Shown here: piece by piece, positions 53,901 through 62,900 of the stretch
Numbering within the stretch: the stretch's first letter is position 1
Layout: each line of letters opens with the position of its first letter
DNA from: a virus
Reading direction: 5' to 3' (one strand)
Length of the DNA: 64,000 nucleotides
IMG/VR virus record: IMGVR_UViG_3300037882_003357
Location: 6,255-70,254 of that record
Notes under the pieces: generated by a model
Databases searched by the model: none
Told to the model about the DNA's origin: nothing
What the model saw: the letters and a program-made list of their open reading frames with translations, nothing else
Translations under genes and position numbers: made by a program

Positions 53901-56900
53901 AACAGATGGGAGAAATGAGTATTGCAGACCTTCTAGCAATTTCTAAAGAAGCATCTGCTTCCACAGTGAATCAACTAGATAACATTGTGGACACAGTTAA
54001 AGACACCGCCACTGGCGTAGGAACTGTTCTACAAGCAATAGAGAACGCTATCATTCCTAGAAGTGAAATCCTTCAGCAAATTAAGCAGAAAGGTGTTGCA
54101 GATATTAGTAATGCCAAAGAAGCAGCAACTAACTTTGTCACTGGAAACAAGGAAAGAAAAGCCACTAACTTCCTAACCAAGGAAGCAGTGAACATGCTTA
54201 AGAGTAGTCTCAATGAGGCTGACTTTGCTGCACTCTTAAAACAGAGTGGAGGAATGGGAAATCTCTCTAAGCTCATAGCTTCCTACGTGATTTCTCAAGC
54301 AAAAGCAGCAGGAGTCAGTGTTGAGCAGCTTGCTAAGAATTACAAAGCTACTCAGACAGGAGATTCACCAGAAGCTAGTAGCGCTATTGCTACTGCAAGC
54401 TCTGGACTGGCTGCGTTTGCCAATGCTCTTACTAAAGGCGGGGCTGCTATTGAGCAGTTTGTTGCAGGTCTTGCTGCTACTAGAAATGAAGCAAATACTG
54501 TGGCTGCTGCACAAGCTTATGCAGGGCTTACAAAACTCACGCAAGAAATTCTTGAGCCTACGTCAAGAGTAGAAAGAACTCAAAACAAAATAGCACAAGC
54601 TTCTGCTTCTTCTTTAGGAAGCATGATGATGGAGGATGCGCGTAGTGGAGAAGCACTTCTTTCTAAAGCAGAACTACGCAAGGTTGCTAACTTCTTAGGC
54701 ATCAGCGAACGTCAGCTTAGAGAGATGCGGCTATCTTCTAAGCAAGCAATTACTTCGTACCTCATGAGTCAAGTGGAAGCAGGTACACAGTCACTTCCTG
54801 CGGTTAAAGGTGCTATTGAAAACGTAGTAGGGCAGACGGAAGCTCAAAAACAAGGAGGGGATGCTTCAGCACAAAAGATTCTAAGAGACGAAGTTGCAAG
54901 AGTAAGAACACTTGCAACTCAATCTGTTAAGACTTTCCAAGAGCTTGTAAACATCAACAGCGTAGGACTTGGTGAGAAAGGAAGTTCTTCCAACTTAGAT
55001 GCGGCTCTTGCTCAACTACTAATCACTCAAAAGCGCGTACAAGACCTTAGACGCGCTCCTGACATTTCAGCTTCACAAGCAAGAACCCTTGCAGGTTTGC
55101 AAGGTTTTTTAGAACAGCAAATGAAATCAGTTCCTAATGGAAAAACTAGAGCTGAGACAACGTTGGGAACTGTCATGAATGTTTCCTCAGGGGCTAAAGC
55201 AATTGTAGAAAGTGCCGCTTCAGATGTGGAGCAGAACAAAGATAAGTATTTAGAAGCCGTGCGAAACATGGCACAGGAAGGCAACGAAGAACTTTCCACT
55301 CACCAGTATAAAGGTGAGATGTTTTCTGTTGAGAATAATGTGTTTGATAAGCATCAAGAGCTGCTATCTGACATGTACGGCTCAAGTAACGTAAGAGATT
55401 CTTCAATACCTAAGCTAGAAGCTATTCTTCCTAATGTGAATAGCACATTCGGAGCAGTGATTAAGGAATTACTGACAACACTGCATTTTACAGAAGAAAC
55501 TTTTGACACGTTCTTTTCTGAAGTTCAAAAATCTGCTTTAGAACACCTTAATGTGCCTAACACAGGAGTAGAAGCTAACAACAAGCGTTTTGAGTTCAAT
55601 CCTGCTAAGTTTTTTGGTGAACAAAACAAACCACTACCTTTTCAGCCTAATAAGCACACTGACGCAAGTTTTTCAGATGATTTTAGACTTTTACATAGTG
55701 TTCCTGACGTTGGAACACTTGTTTCTATTCTCGAAAAAGGATACCAAAGCAAGTCACAAGGTTTTGACTATCGGCATAAAGAAGTGTTTGGTCAGGATGA
55801 CGTACTCTATGGGACTATCGCACAATCAAAACAAAACTCTAAGTATCCTCACATAAAACCTGTGAATGATAGCTTTTCTCCTGAAACGGGCAACCCTTTA
55901 GGAATGTCAACATATGGAAGAATTACCGTTGAACTTGATTATTCTAAAATTAAAAACAATACTTTGTGGTATCCAGGGGACACTTTAACCCCTAGAGACC
56001 GCATGAGAAGTTCAGGCAAGAACGAACATTTGCTACCTCTTGCTGACTATACACCAATGAAGCAAACTCCTGAGGTTGCTAATCTCAGCATTTTGTGGAA
56101 TGAATTTATCCTTCTAGGTGATGCAGTAAAAAATCTTAGAAACATTATTACTAGAGTTGAAATTAGCGCTTCAGACAATACCACGGTTAGAGATGGTAAC
56201 GATTTTTCCCAGGAGTCTTGGGAAAAAGTTAAACAAATGCTTCCAAATGCGTCTTTTTTTGGTGAGCAGCACTTATTTAAGATGGAATCTACGCGTGTGC
56301 AAGATGGCACAAAGCCTATTGTCCCAGGCAGTGTGCTGCATGAATTAATCGCTCCAATCAAAAGCCTTGTTTCGCAAGAAACAGGTGTTCCTGAATGGTA
56401 TCTACAATCAGTTAATAGCACTCAAAAGCAATACAAGAGTCCTTACGCTGCGGGAAGTTTTACAGAAGACACTAATAGTGTAAACATTGCAGAACCAAAA
56501 GCAATCGCCGCTAAGTACGGCATCATGGTGGATGATTTCATCACCTTGTTGGGACATGAGCTATTTCATAGCACTCAAGCATTTGCTGAGCAGATGGGAA
56601 CGACTCTTCCTGAGCAAGTTCCTTCTCCAGAACATGCTGCTGGCATTCTTCGTTCTGCTAAAGCAAGTACGGACATGGCAGGGATTAGCAATCCCCAAGA
56701 GTATGCTAAGAGACTGGAATACGAGAAGCAAGCCTACACGTTTGAGAAAGCGTTCTACGAGAAGTATGCTGCTGAGCTGAAGCAACTGTTTGGTAAGCAC
56801 GGTAGCCCTGAAGAGAAGTTTGCAATCAAAGAAAGCAGTGCTTCACTTGCTCAACTTAAGCTCGACAGCCAAGTTAAAGCAATTAGTGGACAGAAGCTAG

Positions 56901-59900
56901 GCACAGAAGATATTGTGGCGGCCTACAGCCGTGTCATCAACGCAATGGAGGGAGTTAAGAATCCTTCCAGAGAGTTTGTTGAAGACTTGCAAGGGATGCT
57001 ACGTGCTATTAGCGCAATGCATCCTGAAGCACGTAAAGGAACTCAACTGTTTGAGGGAATGTCTAAGCTTCTTCCTAAAGCCAATGGAGAACATTTCTCC
57101 ATTGATAGCACCAAATCTGTAGCAGATTTGGAAGTGCTTAAGGCTTCCTATGACGACTTAATCATCAAGAGCAGAAAGTACTTTGAGGAAGCTCAAAAAG
57201 CGGGTGATGATGCAGGAATTAAGCAACTTGCTCAAGATTTACAGGTAGTTGCTAATCACTATTTAGACATTTATGGAAGCATCAAGTTACAAGGAGGAAC
57301 ACCTTCTCCAGACTTGCTCACACCTTTAAGAAAATCTGTAACAGGTGACATTGCAGGGAAGCGAGGAGCCGCCTTCGCTGAGAATGTTGGTGCTGAAGGA
57401 ATGAAAGATGTTGCAGCTCATGCAGGAGCAACTGTTGCAACATCTCTAGAAAATGCTGGGAAGAAAGCCGAGAATCTGTTTGCTAACCTTCAAGCGCTTA
57501 GAGAACCTTTCCATCAACTAATAGACGTTGCACAGGCATTTGCAGGGCCAGTGATGGGTCAGATGCTTTTCGGTGTGCAAACTGTAATGCAGAACTTAGG
57601 AATACTTAAGTTCGCTGGACAAGCTGCGTTTGTGACGATTGGATTAGGAGTGGCTGCTTACAGCATTGCACAGCTTGGACTTGCTCAAGAAATTAAAGCT
57701 TTAAGGCTTCAATTTGAATCGTTAGGAAAGAGCGGTTCATCTAACTTAGAGAACATTGGTAAGTTAGCACAACGTACTGGTAGTGACTTCAGAGAAACAG
57801 CTAGACTTGCTGCTGCTATTCAAGGTGGATTAATTAGTACTCCTCTTGAAGACGATGCTCTTGCCATCACTGAGAAGATTACTAAAATCAATCAGGCAAT
57901 GCAGCTAAGTCCTGAAATCTCTCAGCGATTTGAGACAGCAATGACTCAAATGTTTGCTAAGGGCGTGGTGAGCATGGAAGAACTGCGTCAGCAAGCTGCT
58001 GAAGCAGTTCCTGCCATCATTCCTGCTTTTGCCAAGTCTCAGAATCTTAGCGTAGGTCAACTAACTCAGAAGATTAGTGCGGGGGAAGTGAGTTCCTACA
58101 CGGCTGTTCCTAAAGCACTAGATGAACTGGTTAAGATGAGTAGTGGAGCCTACGCAGAAGGACTTAAGAGCCTTCCTGCTTCCATGAATCGCCTTGGCAA
58201 CTCCATGCTGGAAGTGAATGTGGCCTTCGGTCAGTTTCCTTTAGGTATAGTGAGTGGAATGCTTTCTGGTCTTGCTGACCTTGCGGAAGGTCTCACTCCG
58301 GTGGTGAAGGGTCTTGCACCCTTTGCTGGAATCATTGCCACTTTAGGAACAATTCAAGTCTTTGGGATTGTGAGCAAGTTAGGCTTGGTCACTGGAGCAT
58401 TTAGTTTGTTTGGTAAAGGGCTGCAATTCTTTGCTGCACAAACTCTTGCTTCTGCCACCATGAGCATTGCAAGTCTCATGCCTAAGCTTGCTGGAAGCCT
58501 TGTGATGCAGACAGGAGGAACTACTGGTGGTAGTTTACTTGCTGGTGCGTTAAGCATGCCTGTCGCAATTCCCATTGCAGTGGTGGCTGGCTTTGCACTG
58601 ATGATTAACAGTGCAGAGCAATATCGCAAAAAAGTTGAAGACATTCAAAAGATTGGTAAAGATGGCTTTAAGTCCAGTGTAACAGCATCTGCTGCATATG
58701 ACCCTACTGCTGTAACTAGCCTAGGACAAATTCTGGATGTTACGCCGAAAGCAATCAACAGCACTAGAATCTTTTCTGTAGAATCTGAACTTGAGAATAC
58801 GCAAAAAAGACTCGATGCGCTGAGACGAGGTGAATTTGTTGATGTTAGCACTTGGATTACTGGTGAGAAGGGACTAGAAACCAAAGTAGCTAATTTGAAA
58901 AAGACTCTCGGTGAGCTGAAGGAAGGTAGTGGCTTAGGAACTTATGGCAAGAGTGATGATGCAAATCTTGCGGTAGAACAGAACACAGCTCTTAAGCGCG
59001 TATACACTCTCACTGATAGGTTTGCAAATCAACCTCAAAAAAATAGAGAGTTTGCAGGAAGTGAAGTAAGAAGACTTCAAGCTGAGATAGCTTCGAGAGA
59101 AACCGCGCTCACTATTGAAGGTATTAAGCCCAACAAAGACGAGAATAGAATCAACTTACTTAAAGGGCAGGTTTCTGATTACAAGAAAGCTTTAGAAGGA
59201 CTTAATGCAAGCATTGTGCCTTCAGATTCTGATGGGAATGGAGGACTCGCAAGGTTCCAAGCCGAACTTGAAAGAGTTCAGGCTCAAATTGCAGAAGCTA
59301 AACGTACTGGTGGAGAATTTAGCTTACAACTTCCTCCTCTAAAAGCTGCTGAAACAGAGCTGAAAAGACAGATTAGAGAACTTCAGAAGCTCACCAGTCA
59401 GAATCCTCTTAAGATTTCTTTAGCTGTTGCTGAAGGTAGTAATGCAGATACTTCTCAATTGCTAGAGAGACAGTACAACAACAAGCTTGCTTCATTTGCT
59501 AAGCTTCGTTCTCAATTCAAAATAACGTCAGAAGACCAAGGCTATCAAGAAGCCAAGGTAGAGAAGATTAATGCTGACGAGAAGCTAAAGAATCTTAGTT
59601 CCTACATTGCTAAACGATATGAAATTCTTAAGTCTCAGCCTGAAGCTAAAGGAATTGCTTATGGGCTAGGTATTGATGAAAGTACTTTTAACAAGAGTGG
59701 TCTTGAAACTGCTAACTTAGAACAGATTAATGGACAGATTGCTGCCATTGAAGCAGGAGGACAAGCAGCAGAAGCGCTTAAGCCTCAACTAGAACTACTG
59801 AAAGAACTTCGACAGGCACTTGTCAATAAGAGCGCTGCTCACTTAGACTCCGCTAGAGCCGCTCAGAGAGAAGCAGAAGCCAATCTCACCTACTTGAACA

Positions 59901-62900
59901 GCCTCAAGAACGTGCTAAACGTGATTGAGCGCATTAATGCTGCAAATGCTGCTGCTGCATTCGGCTTTGAGAGGTCTAAGCTACAAGCACAAACAGCAAT
60001 TAGTCAAGATGTTGTGTCAGGAAGAGGAAGTTTAGCTGAAGCTGACAAAGCTACTCAGTTACTCGCTCCTGAACTTCTTCAGGAAGAAATAAACAAGAAC
60101 ACTGCTGAACTTGCTCGTAACACTGAAGCGTATTCAGCACTCAGTGGAGACCAGCAGAGGTTCGTGGAAGCTCTCACAGGTACCAATCTTCAGAATCTAG
60201 ACTTTGAGGGCGTGACGAAGGCGCTGAACGCCTTTGATGAAGCTGCTAGAAACCAGAAGCCTTTAGTTGCTGGAGGACTCACAGGAGATTCAGATGTTAA
60301 AGATGCTCTAGGACAGCGCAAGAAGAACCTTGAGCTAGAACAAGCCACTAGAGGGCTGCAACTACAGAAGCTTGACGCAATCAAGCAGAATGTGGTGGAA
60401 GTGACTCAAGCACAAATTCGTCAGATGAAAGAAAGTCTTATTGCCTTTAACGAAAGTGTGAGAGACTACTTCACTCGTTTGAGTGACAACTTAGAAGACT
60501 TGCAATATGACATTGTGAGCCTCAATATTAGTACTGGTGCATTGGAAGCCAAGAACAAGATGCGTCAGGCTATGCTTGGCATGACTGAATCTCTCGACCG
60601 TCAAGTGTTCCAGGTTATCCTTGATACCATCAACGGTATTAACGACATTTTGAACGATGGTGCTTTGCGGCAGAACATGAGAGCTGCTAGAGACTTGTTC
60701 CGTTCAGACACTACTCAGCAGCGTCAGTTTGCCAACTCTCAGAAAGACCGTCAGGAAAGCATCAATCAGATGCTCAAGATTCCTGAGCCTTCCACTCGCA
60801 TTAATGTTGACCAATATGGGCAGAATGATAGTCAACAGAAGCTTGATAAGTTCAACGATTTGATTCAAGGTACTGGTGAGAAGTTTAACTCAGCACTTGC
60901 TGCTCCTTTAAGTGGAATTGTAGATGCTATGACAGTGGCATCTAACCTCATGGCACAAGGACTTGGTAATCTACCTGTTCCTAATGCTCCTACACGTAGC
61001 CAAGGCACTTTACCTCCTCCCCCTGCGCTCTCCGCGCCGGAGGGAACGGGTGGCTTCCTTCCTGTACAACAAGCACCTGAAGGCTACAGTGAGAAACGCG
61101 CTGCTCATGAAGAAGCTATTGAACCATTCAAGGAAGCTTTAAGGAAGGCTACCGGAAGCGTTGGAGTGTTTGACACAGGCTTAGGAAACGTGCTTAGTGG
61201 TGGTAATCCTTTCGTTAAACATATTAACGAGCGAAGTCCTGGTGGCATTGCTGACTTTGGTAAAGGCAATGTACTTAACAACGGGAACTCTGGGCAGTAC
61301 AATCCTTTTGTCAGTTACTTGAGAGAAGTACTGGCTCCAGGAAGCATCATTAACCTTGGAAAGGGGAACGTTCTTGCTCCTCAAGACCGAGGGGGAGAAA
61401 GCTTCAGCAGCCCTGCACAAGCACAGGGGGGCTTCCCTCTAGCTGCTCCTGACTTCGTTAAGGCAGTGAAAGCAGCTTCTCCTGCTGCCTCTTATGGTGG
61501 AAATGAGAGTGCTTCTTCTCCTAGTGGTGGAACTTTTGTCCAGACCGCAATCTTCTGGAATCAAACTCAGCAAGACGTTCTTAGAAAAGAATACGAACTC
61601 ATTCAGCGTAGAGCTGCATTGGGACAGAGTTCTGTACAAGAACTTGCTAGAGCTGCTTCTATCTACAGCGCGTTTGCTGGCAACAACAAGGGAAGAGACC
61701 ATAATGCTTCTGCCATTAGTAATTTCAACCAGGTCACTGGTCAGAACTTTGCACTTCCTACTTATAACAATGGGAAGGCAAGTCAAGATGCAATCAGTGC
61801 TGACTCTTATTCTGCCATTGGTACAAGGGGTGAGAAGTACGATGACTCTACCCTGGCTCAGATGGCTCAGGATGGCCTTGGTAAGTTCTTAGGACACTTT
61901 GGACTCACTCTAGACTCTGGCCTGTCTCATATTGGTTACAACACGTCTGGTAAGGCTAAGGAAGTACTCGCTGCTTACGCGGCTAAAGGCGAAGCCATCA
62001 CTCGTAACAACATTGCTAAGGTGATTGATAGACTTTATGATGGGCTTGAAGGACTTAAAGGAATTTCTGACAAAGCCCTTCAGGTTAATCAAAGTCTGCG
62101 TAATGCTGGAAGAAGCATTGAGCAGAGCATTATTAGCTTGGGTCAAATGTTCAGTACGTTGTCTCCTGGTCAAGAAGCTGCTGCAAGACAGCGGCAGATT
62201 GACGATGCTTCCTTCTCTCTCACTGATAGCATTGCTAACCAGAAGCAGACTCTAGAGAACTCTCAGAACTTCAGTAGCAAGGGACAGTTTGAAGAAGCTT
62301 TGAAGAAGATTGATAGCTTAGATACTAGCAAGCTGCCAAGCTCTGAAGTGCAGAACATCAAAAAGATTGCTGACGTATTCAAGGCCGCTATTCTAGATTG
62401 GGAAGACCCTCAAGGAATGACAGGTGCTAAGCGAGATGTTATCAGCAAAACAATTGCTGCTGAGCTTGCTCTCACTGAAGCTAGAGAACAAGGAGCCATT
62501 GCTGCTAGAAGTGCTGCTCAGGCGAACGCTGCTGACCTTGCAAGACGCGAACAGAACAACAAAAATGCTTCTGTGATGAGTACTCTCGGAGGAGCTATCC
62601 AGTCTGCTGCTCAATCTGCTCCAATCTCTAATCTAGATAAGAGTCGCATTGATGCAGTTGTTGCTTACAACACAGCACTTGTGCAAGCCAAGGTTGACTT
62701 AGATAACTTCAATGAGCAGCTTAAGGCTAGTGGCGATTATGGACAAGAAAGTGGAGACAAGCTACTTCAAGCGTTCTCTCAAGTGCAGAAAATTAAGTTG
62801 ACGGGCTTGAAAGACCAGCTTAAAGTGATTCAGAAGCAGATGAAGGACACCTTCAGCAGCTCAATTAGTACAGGCTTGAACTCAGTGTTAGATGGGATTA

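Noticed and set aside
61440-62100. Lytic transglycosylase or glucosaminidase domain in the tape measure C-terminal half
   Set aside because: The segment looks globular, but I could not find the catalytic motifs
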